Below, one piece after another: positions 18,405 through 27,405 of a stretch of DNA of 64,000 bases (positions are counted from its first letter, which is position 1; each line of letters begins with the position of its first letter). The notes beneath the pieces are model-generated. The model saw only the letters and a program-made list of their open reading frames with translations, did not search any database and was not told the DNA's origin. Where the stretch lies: IMG/VR virus record IMGVR_UViG_3300032116_000001, positions 124,001-188,000 of that record; one strand, 5' to 3'. Both the position numbers and the translations under genes were made by a program.

Positions 18405-18971
18405 ATGGTCATTAATCTTGATAATCTATACGTGACTCAGAGCAGTATTAGGAATTGGGAGCGAGTGGTTCGAATGATTGATTTTGTTCGGAATGGGGGA
18501 ATTTTCACGAATGAATTCATTCAGCAATATCACAATGATGAGTCTTCAATAAATCATCAGCCGATGAAAATTAAAATCATGCCCGATGATAAGCATTTTC
18601 TACACGATGGGCATCACAGGGCTATTGCCTTGTGGATTGCTGGCCGAAAAGAGCTGTATCCCGAAGAATACACAACGCACAATTGGCCGTCGTATGAATC
18701 TTTTTCGGAAGTTAATTTAAGTGTTGGGTGGGTGACTCCTTTGGATATAAGAGAAGAAATTAGATATCCAGATGTTGTTCCTTTTAAGGAAAGGGTTTTA
18801 ATGCTGCCATGTGAAGATCAATTAGATTATATTATGGCTCACAAATCAGAATATTGCCATCCCCGAAATGGCATAAATTATGTTAGTGATTTGGTCAAGT
18901 GTGTTCTTGATGGGCAATGTTGCACTAGTTCCGAAGGATGCCCTTGTAAAACAGATGAATTAATAAATTAA
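18405..18971 (+). CDS. ParB/Srx-like N-terminal domain protein
   Basis: KHFLHDGHHRAIAL matches the ParB-like DGHHR motif. Confidence 0.6.
   Translation: MVINLDNLYVTQSSIRNWERVVRMIDFVRNGGIFTNEFIQQYHNDESSINHQPMKIKIMPDDKHFLHDGHHRAIALWIAGRKELYPEEYTTHNWPSYESFSEVNLSVGWVTPLDIREEIRYPDVVPFKERVLMLPCEDQLDYIMAHKSEYCHPRNGINYVSDLVKCVLDGQCCTSSEGCPCKTDELIN
18935..18959 (+). promoter_or_regulatory. AGG-N19-GAA motif 11 nt before the ART-like gene start
   Basis: AGG atgcccttgtaaaacagat GAA. Confidence 0.55.
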
Positions 18972-20182
18972 TGCCTTTTTTCCGCAGAATATCTCAAAAT
19001 GATAAAGCCCAACCGAGTTTATTTTTTGATGCATGGGCAAACAATGATCTGGTGACAGATGATTTTAATCCTGAATACCCCAAGGTGCTTTATCATGGGA
19101 CCACGCATGGGTTTAATGCCTTTGACCCCCAAAGCCCGCACTTAAGCCCAGAGGGTTTCTGGGGCAAGGGATTTTATTTTAGCGATGATTACCAAGATGT
19201 AAATACTAATTATGCAACATTTGATAGCCCAGATGCAACAAATAAAATGGAAAACATGGCAGAAAGAATCGTTGCAAATGAAAATTTTTCAAGCTTTGAT
19301 TTAGATAAATACAAAAAATCTCATCCTCAGTTTTTTGATCAAAATGGCAACATAACGGATGAATATGAATTGGCAAAAGTAATTGCAAGTGAAAAAACTT
19401 TTGGGGCGGGGCCGCAAGTTATGCCAGTTTATCTTAAGATGAAAAATCCCCTAAACACAACTGAAGAAAATCCTACAGTCTTTGATATTCATTATGAATA
19501 TGATGAATACGGTGACCCAATTGGGGAGCCAAGTGGAAATTTTTTCGATCTTAAGGATGCCGTTATAGACACTGCGAATGACTATGGGCTGAACGGTGAT
19601 GAATTTTGGGAGTCAATGGAACATTTTTTAGCAATCAAGGCATATGATGGCTATCTCACGGCAAATGATGTTGTGCAAACACTAAAGGAACAAGATATGC
19701 TTTATTATCTTGACTCTGATGAAAACGGAAACAACATGGCAAGCGAGTTTATTAAGGCTATTTTTCAGAGACTTGGTTATGATGGTGTAATAATGAGTGC
19801 ATGGCAGCATTTTGGAGGCGATAAAAACGCTATGCGCGGCATCAATCCTGATACTAAGCATTATATAACATGGGAACCAACAAACATTAAGTCGGCGATT
19901 GGAAACAATGGTCTTTACGACCCCGAAAACCCAGTAATTACAGCAAATATGCATTTAGATAGCGAAAAAATTGTTAAATATGCCTCGTATTTAGATTTGC
20001 AAGAAAGATTTTGTGAGGCCGATGAGATGGATTTGAAGATTTTAAGAATCTCAAAATCTCTAAATGGAGTAAACGCAAAGGCAGATAAAATTTCCCGAAA
20101 GTTCCTTGGCATGTACACAATACATAATATATCTGGCTCAAGCCCGAGAGCGGCAGTATTGGTTTATAGGAGGGAGCGGTGA
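18971..20182 (+). CDS. ADP-ribosyltransferase-like (ART-PolyVal type) protein; native C-terminus replaced by IS sequence
   Basis: VLYHGT..FNAF, GFYFS, VMPVYLKMKNP, GYDGVI, IKSAIGNNGLYDPENP; the last ~16-18 codons are read from the IS left end. Confidence 0.7.
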   Translation: MPFFRRISQNDKAQPSLFFDAWANNDLVTDDFNPEYPKVLYHGTTHGFNAFDPQSPHLSPEGFWGKGFYFSDDYQDVNTNYATFDSPDATNKMENMAERIVANENFSSFDLDKYKKSHPQFFDQNGNITDEYELAKVIASEKTFGAGPQVMPVYLKMKNPLNTTEENPTVFDIHYEYDEYGDPIGEPSGNFFDLKDAVIDTANDYGLNGDEFWESMEHFLAIKAYDGYLTANDVVQTLKEQDMLYYLDSDENGNNMASEFIKAIFQRLGYDGVIMSAWQHFGGDKNAMRGINPDTKHYITWEPTNIKSAIGNNGLYDPENPVITANMHLDSEKIVKYASYLDLQERFCEADEMDLKILRISKSLNGVNAKADKISRKFLGMYTIHNISGSSPRAAVLVYRRER

Positions 20183-20251
20183 AACCCCGCGCCTTGTGGG
20201 CGGGGATGAGAGCGACATTGCATAATTATCTAAATATTTACGAATCAAAGC

Positions 20252-20276
20252 AGGTGTTCGTAAGAAGGCTGTAGAA
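20252..20276 (+). promoter_or_regulatory. AGG-N19-GAA motif inside the IS, 10 nt before the tnpB start
   Basis: AGG tgttcgtaagaaggctgta GAA. Confidence 0.5.
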
Positions 20277-20286
20277 AGAAGATATT

Positions 20287-21456
20287 ATGCTCAGGGCATA
20301 CAAGTATCGAATCTATCCTAACAAGGAGCAAGCCGAAATGTTCGTTGAACATTTCGGCGCTTGTCGGTTCGTATACAATTGGGGACTGCAACTCAAGACG
20401 GAAACGTATCAACAGGCGTCGAAGACGCTTTCTTACTACGACTTGAACAATCTGCTTCCGAAGCTAAAAACAGAGCATGTTTGGTTGAAGAATGTTAATT
20501 CTCAATCTATTCAGTCTGCTTTGAAGAATCTGGAAAGTGCATATACCAAGTTCTTCCGAGAAAAGAAGGGATTCCCAAAGTTCAAATCAAAACACAATCC
20601 GAAACAGTCTTTCCAGTGTCCTCAGCATTGTTCTGTGAATTGGGAGAGCGGAACACTCTCCATACCAAAAATTAAAGGAATCAAGGCGAAGTTTCATCGC
20701 AAGTTTGATGGAGAGATTAAGACTGTCACTGTCAGCAGGAATGCTGTCGGACATTTCTATGTCTCAATCCTTGTTGAAAACAGTCAACCTCTGCCACCGA
20801 AGGCAGCTCTAAGTGCTGATGATGCCGTAGGCATCGACGTAGGATTGTCAAGATTTCTTACAGCATCAGACGGAATGATTGTCGCGAATCCGAAGTTCCT
20901 TCGGAAGTCTGAGAAGAGACTTGCATATGAGCAATATCGACTTAGTAAGATGAAGAAAGACTCTGCAAGCAGAGCAAAACAAAAGAAACGAATTGCTCGT
21001 ATTCACGAGCATATATCCAATCAAAGACGAGACTTCCTGCACAAAGTGACGAGCAGACTTGTTGGCGAGAGCCAAGCAACAACGTTCTGTGTCGAAGACC
21101 TTTCAGTTAAGAACATGCAGAAGAATCGTTGTCTTGCAAAATCCATCGCTGATGTATCTTGGGGAATGTTCTTTGACTTTCTCAAGTACAAGTGCGAATG
21201 GACAGGAAAGAATCTTCTCGACATCGGAAGATTCGAGCCAAGCTCCAAGATGTGCAGCGCTTGCGGTGCTGTGAATAAAGAACTAAAGCTATCTAACAGA
21301 GAATGGCTTTGCTCCTGCGGAGCCAAGCATGATAGAGATGTCAATGCTGCTGAGAACATCAAAAGAATGGCATTTCAGAAGCAAAACTTAATTAGATGTA
21401 TAGGGCTGGAACAGCCCGAATCAACGCCTTTGGACACTGTAGCGATAGATACGTGA
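20287..21456 (+). CDS. tnpB: TnpB RNA-guided endonuclease
   Basis: RAYKYRIYP HTH start, RuvC motifs GIDVG, VEDL, DRDVNAA, zinc finger CSACG..CSCG. Confidence 0.95.
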   Translation: MLRAYKYRIYPNKEQAEMFVEHFGACRFVYNWGLQLKTETYQQASKTLSYYDLNNLLPKLKTEHVWLKNVNSQSIQSALKNLESAYTKFFREKKGFPKFKSKHNPKQSFQCPQHCSVNWESGTLSIPKIKGIKAKFHRKFDGEIKTVTVSRNAVGHFYVSILVENSQPLPPKAALSADDAVGIDVGLSRFLTASDGMIVANPKFLRKSEKRLAYEQYRLSKMKKDSASRAKQKKRIARIHEHISNQRRDFLHKVTSRLVGESQATTFCVEDLSVKNMQKNRCLAKSIADVSWGMFFDFLKYKCEWTGKNLLDIGRFEPSSKMCSACGAVNKELKLSNREWLCSCGAKHDRDVNAAENIKRMAFQKQNLIRCIGLEQPESTPLDTVAIDT

Positions 21457-21498
21457 TTGAAGAAGGAAGCCCCACCCCTTGTGGGTTGGGCAGTTCAC

Positions 21499-21630
21499 GC
21501 GGATGATTTGGAAGAAATACCTGGTAGCGTCAAGAAAGAAATGAGAAAGATAGCAAAGCCATATGACGTGAGATTCGAAAGATCAGAAGACAAAAGCGAT
21601 TCATCCAATCGCCTTGATGAAATTATTTAA
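21499..21630 (+). pseudogene. Orphaned 3' end of the ART-like gene (ADDLEEIPGSVKKEMRK...LDEII stop)
   Basis: 43 sense codons plus TAA begin exactly after the IS right end and would join the upstream gene in frame. Confidence 0.65.
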
Positions 21631-22029
21631 TTAGTCCCAATCATAAGTTTCTTTTTCTGATTCCGTATATGAAATTCTCGTTAGAGCCTCACCGTACCGA
21701 TTGGGTCCTGGCAAAAACCTAACAGAAGCATATTCAACATATTTGTTGTTGTCGTCGGGTATTATTTCTGCTTTCACGAGTGCGTCAATGATCGGCTTGC
21801 AAACATTGTCAACGTCTTGTTGTTTTGACCATCCGCGGCCCCCAAGAACAAAAATTTCAATTCTAATTGGGAATGCCTCTGCGGGCGAAAGCTTTTCTTG
21901 AATTTCTGGAACTACTTTTTCCAACCATTGTCTGTATTTTTTTGATTTGGACATTCGACCGCGGGCAGTCGGCACATACATATTATTGGCCGAAAACGGG
22001 GGACCAATGCTACACGAAACATTTCGCAT
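21631..22029 (-). CDS. rusA: RusA-like Holliday junction resolvase
   Basis: PPFSANNMY and DVDNVCKPIIDALVKAEIIPDD match the RusA DxDNxxKxxxDAL motif. Confidence 0.9.
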   Translation of the reverse strand: MRNVSCSIGPPFSANNMYVPTARGRMSKSKKYRQWLEKVVPEIQEKLSPAEAFPIRIEIFVLGGRGWSKQQDVDNVCKPIIDALVKAEIIPDDNNKYVEYASVRFLPGPNRYGEALTRISYTESEKETYDWD

Positions 22030-22047
22030 ATTGTTTTTTGTACAATT

Positions 22048-22293
22048 TTAATCTCGTATTGTAGTGTAGTTAAGTTTTTCTTCGCCAGCTTTTTCGCAAA
22101 TAAATTTTACAAATTGCTCTCCATATGGTAAGCATGTTGGCTTAAGTTCAGCACAATGTTCTTCTAAAAATGATTTTCCTTTTTTGCTTCTACTCCAGAA
22201 TCTGACTTGAATTACATCATCACCGTCCTGATACTCTCTGATTTCAAAATCAATTTTTGCATCTTTTGGCCGATTGGAAAATCTATACCACAT
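22048..22293 (-). CDS. Small hypothetical protein beginning MWYRFSN (start re-assigned from 22473)
   Basis: ATG at 22293 lies 1 nt after the upstream stop and removes a ~180-nt same-strand overlap. Confidence 0.7.
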   Translation of the reverse strand: MWYRFSNRPKDAKIDFEIREYQDGDDVIQVRFWSRSKKGKSFLEEHCAELKPTCLPYGEQFVKFICEKAGEEKLNYTTIRD

Positions 22294-22294
22294 A

Positions 22295-22807
22295 TTACAT
22301 AATTCCCTTTTGTTCTTTGACGTAAAGCATTCCATTTTTAAACAAAATTGTAATTTGTTTTTGTGAATTACCCCATCTGTACCAAGTGAAATCAGTTCCC
22401 GCCTCAATAGAACGAGATGTGTATTGCCGAAGTACATTGGTTGGTGCTCCAAGAATTTGTACCACTTCGTCAAAGCTCATACCGACCTCCAGTTGTGCAA
22501 ATTGCGAAAGACTTGGCGCAACTTCAGTTGACAATGAAGAGAATTCGCCCTCGGCATCGGCGTTGAGATTTTCTTCTTGGTTTTTCTGAGCGTTTTCTTT
22601 CTGTTCCATGATTGGTGGCAAATTACCATTCTTGTCTGGTTTTATGGTGCCGATGAAGAACCCGCCAACTCCAATAGATGTGTTTTTGGCATTAGATGAT
22701 TGGCCAATTTGAAAAGCCAGATATCCAAATACAAGAAAAATAATTACCACAATCCAGAGTGAACACCCAAAACGATTATTGAGCCTTTGGCCAAGGCTGG
22801 TGTCCAT
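22295..22807 (-). CDS. Membrane-anchored protein with BamE/BLIP-like C-terminal domain (ORF open from 22927)
   Basis: One hydrophobic helix LWIVVIIFLVFGYLAF; QLEVGMSFDEVVQILGAP..WYRW..ITILFKNG..KEQKG. Confidence 0.6.
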   Translation of the reverse strand: MDTSLGQRLNNRFGCSLWIVVIIFLVFGYLAFQIGQSSNAKNTSIGVGGFFIGTIKPDKNGNLPPIMEQKENAQKNQEENLNADAEGEFSSLSTEVAPSLSQFAQLEVGMSFDEVVQILGAPTNVLRQYTSRSIEAGTDFTWYRWGNSQKQITILFKNGMLYVKEQKGIM

Positions 22808-22862
22808 TTTTTCAAATATTGTTTGTTTATTGTCAGAAAGTGATGAAACTTTCAGGTTCTTT

Positions 22863-23516
22863 TCATTTTGCTTGCTGCATTCGCAGGTCTCGCCACAGGT
22901 TGAGCACATGATTTGTAAAGTCCTCACTTTGATTATTATTCAAATGTTTAAACATTGCCTGCTCACCATGTTTGACTCCATAGGCCAAATATCTTCGAGC
23001 AAGTATGTTGTACTTTAGCTCTTCCTTTTCTTTAGTTGCGTTTTCTTTCAATTGATCATTTTGTGATTGTATGACCTGAGAATTGGCCAAGTGCAATAAC
23101 TCTTGTACTTTGGGCGCGACAAAGGCTGCTGGACCTGATAAATTGTTTTGTGCCATTTGAATTAATTGTTTAATCTTGCTGCTAATGTATGTTACTTCGC
23201 CAAATGCGGCTGTTTTTTGAAATTGAGTTTTTTTAGATAACTCAAGCGCATTGTTTCTTTCATTTTGTTGTGCCTGATTAGAAAAAGGCAAAATTATTTC
23301 TCTAGCCTGTCTTAGATAAAGCAAAACAGCTTCTTTTGTTGGGCTCGCAACTAAGCTGTTATAAACATAATTAATAAGCGAATTAATTTCAACGAAGAAT
23401 AAGTCAGCGTCAGGGTTATTTACAAAGCCTTCCATAATGCTATCTGCTTTTCTAAATTGACCAGATTCATCATAATATCTCGCCAATTTAAGCATTTTAA
23501 TTAATTGGTTTTTCAA
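22863..23516 (-). CDS. Hypothetical helical protein with N-terminal helical tag
   Basis: TTG start with caggag SD; N-terminus LLKLARYYDESGQFRKADSI-like (MKNQLIKMLKLARYYDESGQFRKADSI). Confidence 0.7.
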   Translation of the reverse strand: MKNQLIKMLKLARYYDESGQFRKADSIMEGFVNNPDADLFFVEINSLINYVYNSLVASPTKEAVLLYLRQAREIILPFSNQAQQNERNNALELSKKTQFQKTAAFGEVTYISSKIKQLIQMAQNNLSGPAAFVAPKVQELLHLANSQVIQSQNDQLKENATKEKEELKYNILARRYLAYGVKHGEQAMFKHLNNNQSEDFTNHVLNLWRDLRMQQAK

Positions 23517-23550
23517 TTGGGTCTCCTGCGCTTAAATTTAACTTAAATTA

Positions 23551-23575
23551 TTCCATTTAAGACTGAGGAAAACCT
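23551..23575 (-). promoter_or_regulatory. AGG-N19-GAA motif before 23516
   Basis: - strand AGG ttttcctcagtcttaaatg GAA. Confidence 0.6.
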
Positions 23576-23631
23576 GTTTTATGTTTAATAAAGAGTATTT
23601 AAATCTTAACAAAATTAATCATATTTTTCCA

Positions 23632-23656
23632 AGGCTCTCAAGGTTTTAAATAAGAA
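23632..23656 (+). promoter_or_regulatory. AGG-N19-GAA motif before the pyruvyltransferase gene
   Basis: AGG ctctcaaggttttaaataa GAA. Confidence 0.6.
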
Positions 23657-23692
23657 GTATTTAAAATGGATGTTATTGCCAGGGGGAACTAA

Positions 23693-24745
23693 ATGGAAAT
23701 AGCTTTGTGTGGATTTTATGGTAAAAGCAACTTTGGCGATGATCTTATGGCAGATTGTTTGCCAGAGGTTCTTAGTCTTGGTGGAAGGCATAATGTTACG
23801 GTATTTTCTGATTGTGAATCTCATGGTGTCAAGAGCGCTAAAAATGAACTAAACTATTTTAATTATGATGTTGTTGTTATCGGTGGCGGCGGAATTATAA
23901 ATCCTAAGTTTTGGGCTTTTAAAAAAGCTGAATTAGAAAAATTAATTCAAAGCCAAGCACCAATATTTTTTCTTAATGTAAATGTAACTGAGGATTTTAA
24001 TTTAGAACAAGGATTTCCTGAACAAATTGCAAGGCTTAATGCTCGTTGGTGGGTTAGAGATGATTTTTCGCACACTATTTTAGCAAAGCATGGTATACAA
24101 AGCAAGGTTCTTCCTGATATATCTTTTAGGATTACGAATCACTCAATGCCAAAAGATCAAAAAAAACTTTTGTTCTTTCCTAATGCTTACTTATTAAATA
24201 AGCTTTTCTGCAAAAACAACACACTAGATTATATAAAGGCGCACGAATCTGCTTTTACAATTGCGAATTTTTTAGATTGGATGGCTCATTTTGGATGGAA
24301 AATAGAATTTATTCCATCTCAGACTGGGAAAGATTTTGATGACAGAATTGTTGGGGGATTGATATATAGTCTTATGCAAAGAAAAGATGTTGCTTTTTGG
24401 CAATCAAATTCTTTGCCATGGGTAAATATAATTCATAAAATTTGTGAATCTGATCTTGTAATTTCTATGAGATATCATGCATCCACAGTGTCCATTGCTT
24501 CTGGAGTGTCATTAATTGATATTACTCATCATGCCAAGAACAAAAATTTGATGCGCGATTTAAATTTAGAGTCTGTCTCTGTAGATTATGATGCACTGTC
24601 TCATAATGCCTTAGTGTCTGCTGCCAACAACTCTCATATGATAAAATCTTCAGAAATTAATTTGTTTAATCAAATGGCCAAAAAATCATGGGATGAATTT
24701 ATTGTTGAGTGGAGTTTAATAATGGCAAATTTGGAAAAGCGGTGA
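23693..24745 (+). CDS. Polysaccharide pyruvyl transferase family (WcaK-like) protein
   Basis: GFYGKSNFGDDLM, VIGGGG, VRD..S, PDISF, SMRYHA motifs. Confidence 0.85.
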   Translation: MEIALCGFYGKSNFGDDLMADCLPEVLSLGGRHNVTVFSDCESHGVKSAKNELNYFNYDVVVIGGGGIINPKFWAFKKAELEKLIQSQAPIFFLNVNVTEDFNLEQGFPEQIARLNARWWVRDDFSHTILAKHGIQSKVLPDISFRITNHSMPKDQKKLLFFPNAYLLNKLFCKNNTLDYIKAHESAFTIANFLDWMAHFGWKIEFIPSQTGKDFDDRIVGGLIYSLMQRKDVAFWQSNSLPWVNIIHKICESDLVISMRYHASTVSIASGVSLIDITHHAKNKNLMRDLNLESVSVDYDALSHNALVSAANNSHMIKSSEINLFNQMAKKSWDEFIVEWSLIMANLEKR

Positions 24746-24752
24746 TATAAAA

Positions 24753-26270
24753 ATGGACTTTAAACCAGTGAAATGCAAAGGATGTACACTGTTTGAGTGC
24801 TCAGTTGACCTTAATCAGCAAAGATTTTGTGACAAAATTCGCCCTTTAAGGCATGTTAAAATATCAAGAAGAAAAAAAGAATATATTTCATGCAATGACA
24901 ATATAGAAAAAAATACAATGAAAACTATCTGGCAAAAAATTTATCTTAGCTTTGTGTCTTTGTGGAAAATAATTTTTGGACGAAAATGCACATCCATCGT
25001 GCCTCATTGCGGCTGTGCGCCTCATTGTGGCTATTCGCCATGTGATTGTAATGGCGGATTAGACCGTATTGCCAATTGGTGGAACAATCTAATTTGGGTG
25101 TCTAAAATCAAAAGACGAAAACACCTTAAAAAATGTACAAACAAGCCAAGGGTTGCTTTTATAAGCGTGTACAACACATCATGTGGAATAGCTACCTATA
25201 ATCAAGAGCTGATCGACGAATTAATGCATTACGCTGATGTTCATGTTTTTGCCGAATATGCGAATGAAAAAAGAGAAGTCTCTGTGCCTGGTGATCCTCA
25301 TTTTGTCACGAGATGCTGGGACAGAAAAACTCATCCAAAGAAAAAATTACTTAATGAAATAGATAATTTCCAGCCAGACATTATCCACATTGGTCATGAA
25401 TATGGCTTTTTCCCGAAAAGCTATTTGTTTACAAATTTAGTTAGCGCACTAAAAATGAGAGGATACCCTGTAGTGGCGACCATGCATTCCATTTATGATC
25501 ACAGGGATAAAGTTGTTCAAGAGGCAAGTGGGCAACATATTATTGCTCACACACTGCCAGGTAAGGCCACTTTAGTAAAAAAAGGTGTTAATGAAAAGAA
25601 CATCACGGTTATTCCTCACGGCACATCAATTTTTGCTGGCACCACCGACAACCCCGATCTTTTAACACCTTTGTGGAACACATGGGGCAATGAACATACA
25701 ATATTCCATCCTGGATTTTTATTCGGCTACAAAGGTCACATGAGAATGTTAGATGTGGTCAGCAAGTTAAAAGAAGATTTTAGCGATGTGCACTATATTA
25801 TTCAAGCAAGTGAAAATCCTCATACCATGGCTGAGCACGATGCAATATATCAAAGCTTAGTGTCTCGAATTAAGGAGCTAGGAATTGAAGGCAATGTGAC
25901 TATTAGCAGAGGTTTTGTTGCTAAGGAGGTTTTGATGAGTTATATTCGCACGGTTAAGTGTGTTGTGCTGCCATATGCAAATCATCCAGATCATGACGTG
26001 CGAGCAACATCTGGAATTGCTAGATTAGTTATGGGAACAGAAACACCCATGGTAGTCACAAATGTTCATTTATTTGACGACGTTGAAGGAGTTGTACCTA
26101 GAGCAAACAATGATCAAGAGCTTTACGAGTATATTAAGAATATATTCAACTCTGATAATGAAAAGAATAGGCAAATAGGATATAGAAAAAATTTCCTGAG
26201 AAAAACTGGCTGGGCAACAGTTGCTTTTTCGACTGCTGCTTTGTACCAAAAAATATTGGATAATATTTAA
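24753..26270 (+). CDS. GT4-type (GT-B) glycosyltransferase with Cys-rich N-terminal extension
   Basis: SCGIATY, IIHIGHEY, TMHS, VIPHG, GFLFGYKG, VVLPY..TSG motifs. Confidence 0.8.
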   Translation: MDFKPVKCKGCTLFECSVDLNQQRFCDKIRPLRHVKISRRKKEYISCNDNIEKNTMKTIWQKIYLSFVSLWKIIFGRKCTSIVPHCGCAPHCGYSPCDCNGGLDRIANWWNNLIWVSKIKRRKHLKKCTNKPRVAFISVYNTSCGIATYNQELIDELMHYADVHVFAEYANEKREVSVPGDPHFVTRCWDRKTHPKKKLLNEIDNFQPDIIHIGHEYGFFPKSYLFTNLVSALKMRGYPVVATMHSIYDHRDKVVQEASGQHIIAHTLPGKATLVKKGVNEKNITVIPHGTSIFAGTTDNPDLLTPLWNTWGNEHTIFHPGFLFGYKGHMRMLDVVSKLKEDFSDVHYIIQASENPHTMAEHDAIYQSLVSRIKELGIEGNVTISRGFVAKEVLMSYIRTVKCVVLPYANHPDHDVRATSGIARLVMGTETPMVVTNVHLFDDVEGVVPRANNDQELYEYIKNIFNSDNEKNRQIGYRKNFLRKTGWATVAFSTAALYQKILDNI

Positions 26271-26300
26271 ATGATCGGGGCTTGCCCCGATCATTTAAAT
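26265..26300. terminator. Bidirectional terminator-like hairpin between convergent genes
   Basis: 16-bp perfect stem atttaaatgatcgggg / cttg / ccccgatcatttaaat overlapping both stop codons. Confidence 0.7.
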
Positions 26301-27275
26301 CGCCTTCTGCTTGGTGTTAAAAACAAGATTTTCGTTTTTGGAATAGTACTGTCCTCCACCGAGATTTATCATTGCGGTGGTGTCACCATTAAGTGCCAAT
26401 TTAAGTTCGGCTAGATCACTATCACTTGGTAAAATAATCTTCCCCGATTTATACGCGCCAGAGTCTATCGGGACTGGCAAAGACATAATATGGTGCATTG
26501 AGTCTGTGTAAATCTTTGGCATTAAATTTGATTTTATGGATGCGTTTCTGTTTGATCTCCTGCTTTTGAGATATACTGCTAATCCCACCACGCCCATTTT
26601 TTCAAATTTGTCTGGCACTACAATCGCATCGCATTTGCAAACAGTATCCCATAGCGGATGCCAAAACACCCTCATACCTTCGCCATGATGATTTGCTTCC
26701 CCCAAAGACAACAAGACGTACATTTCTCTCACAAAAGCCGCATAGTTTCTTTTACATCTGTACTGAGCACCCTCTACGATTAGTTCTTTAGCCTCCGATT
26801 GCGTGATTTTTTCTTCTCTCATCAGGGCGCTTGTTGGCGATGTCTGATTTATTGAGGTGTTAAAATTCATTGACTTTTCGTTGCACTCCATCCATGTTTT
26901 CCAAAATAGATCAGGTGATCCAAGGCTTTGGTATTGATCAATCATTTTGAAGAAAGCCATTACATATTTTGTGTCCCATTGAAAAAGCAAATCATCTTCA
27001 ACTTGTTTACACTCTCGCAATTTGCCAAAAAAATTCATTCCATCTGCCTTTTCCACATGTGCCTTGATATCGTTTGTATTTAGGTGTAAAAAAACATATT
27101 CAAGGTTGTCTTCATTTATTTTAAGGTTATTCCAAATTTTAGTATTTGGATTTTTTTTAATGTAAGACCATACATCGGGAAAGAATTGTCCAGATTTGAT
27201 CATGCGAACTCCTGTTCCAGGGGCAATTTTGAGCATAGATTGCAATGGAGCTGTAATTATAGCTTTTTTAGCCAT
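26295..27275 (-). CDS. Hypothetical protein
   Basis: 326-aa ORF; no family recognised. Confidence 0.7.
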   Translation of the reverse strand: MAKKAIITAPLQSMLKIAPGTGVRMIKSGQFFPDVWSYIKKNPNTKIWNNLKINEDNLEYVFLHLNTNDIKAHVEKADGMNFFGKLRECKQVEDDLLFQWDTKYVMAFFKMIDQYQSLGSPDLFWKTWMECNEKSMNFNTSINQTSPTSALMREEKITQSEAKELIVEGAQYRCKRNYAAFVREMYVLLSLGEANHHGEGMRVFWHPLWDTVCKCDAIVVPDKFEKMGVVGLAVYLKSRRSNRNASIKSNLMPKIYTDSMHHIMSLPVPIDSGAYKSGKIILPSDSDLAELKLALNGDTTAMINLGGGQYYSKNENLVFNTKQKAI

Positions 27276-27326
27276 GTTTATTTATCGTTGATTTTCATTA
27301 AAGAAATTAAGATTCCATCTGTTTAC

Positions 27327-27351
27327 AGGGAGAATTTTAAAAAACAATGAA
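27327..27351 (+). promoter_or_regulatory. AGG-N19-GAA motif before 27406
   Basis: AGG gagaattttaaaaaacaat GAA. Confidence 0.6.
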
Positions 27352-27405
27352 GTAAACAATACAGAAGGGTATTTTTCAATACTCCGAAAACAATTAGGAC
27401 CTATC

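Larger units (their letters stand above)
20126..21498 (+). mobile_element. Non-autonomous IS200/IS605-family element carrying tnpB only (left boundary 20126-20132 uncertain)
   Basis: Related subterminal hairpins gaaaccccgcgccttgtgggcgggg (20181-20205) and gaagccccaccccttgtgggttggg (21466-21490); right end ...gttcac at 21498; no tnpA in the window. Confidence 0.85.

Noticed and set aside
20126-20286. IStron (group I intron plus IS605)
   Set aside because: Only about 160 nt lie between the left end and tnpB, too short for a group I core, and no conserved P7 elements were seen.
22294-22473. ORF-track start MTKWYKFLE as another WY tag
   Set aside because: This TTG start overlaps the upstream gene by about 180 nt; the ATG at 22293 is better supported.
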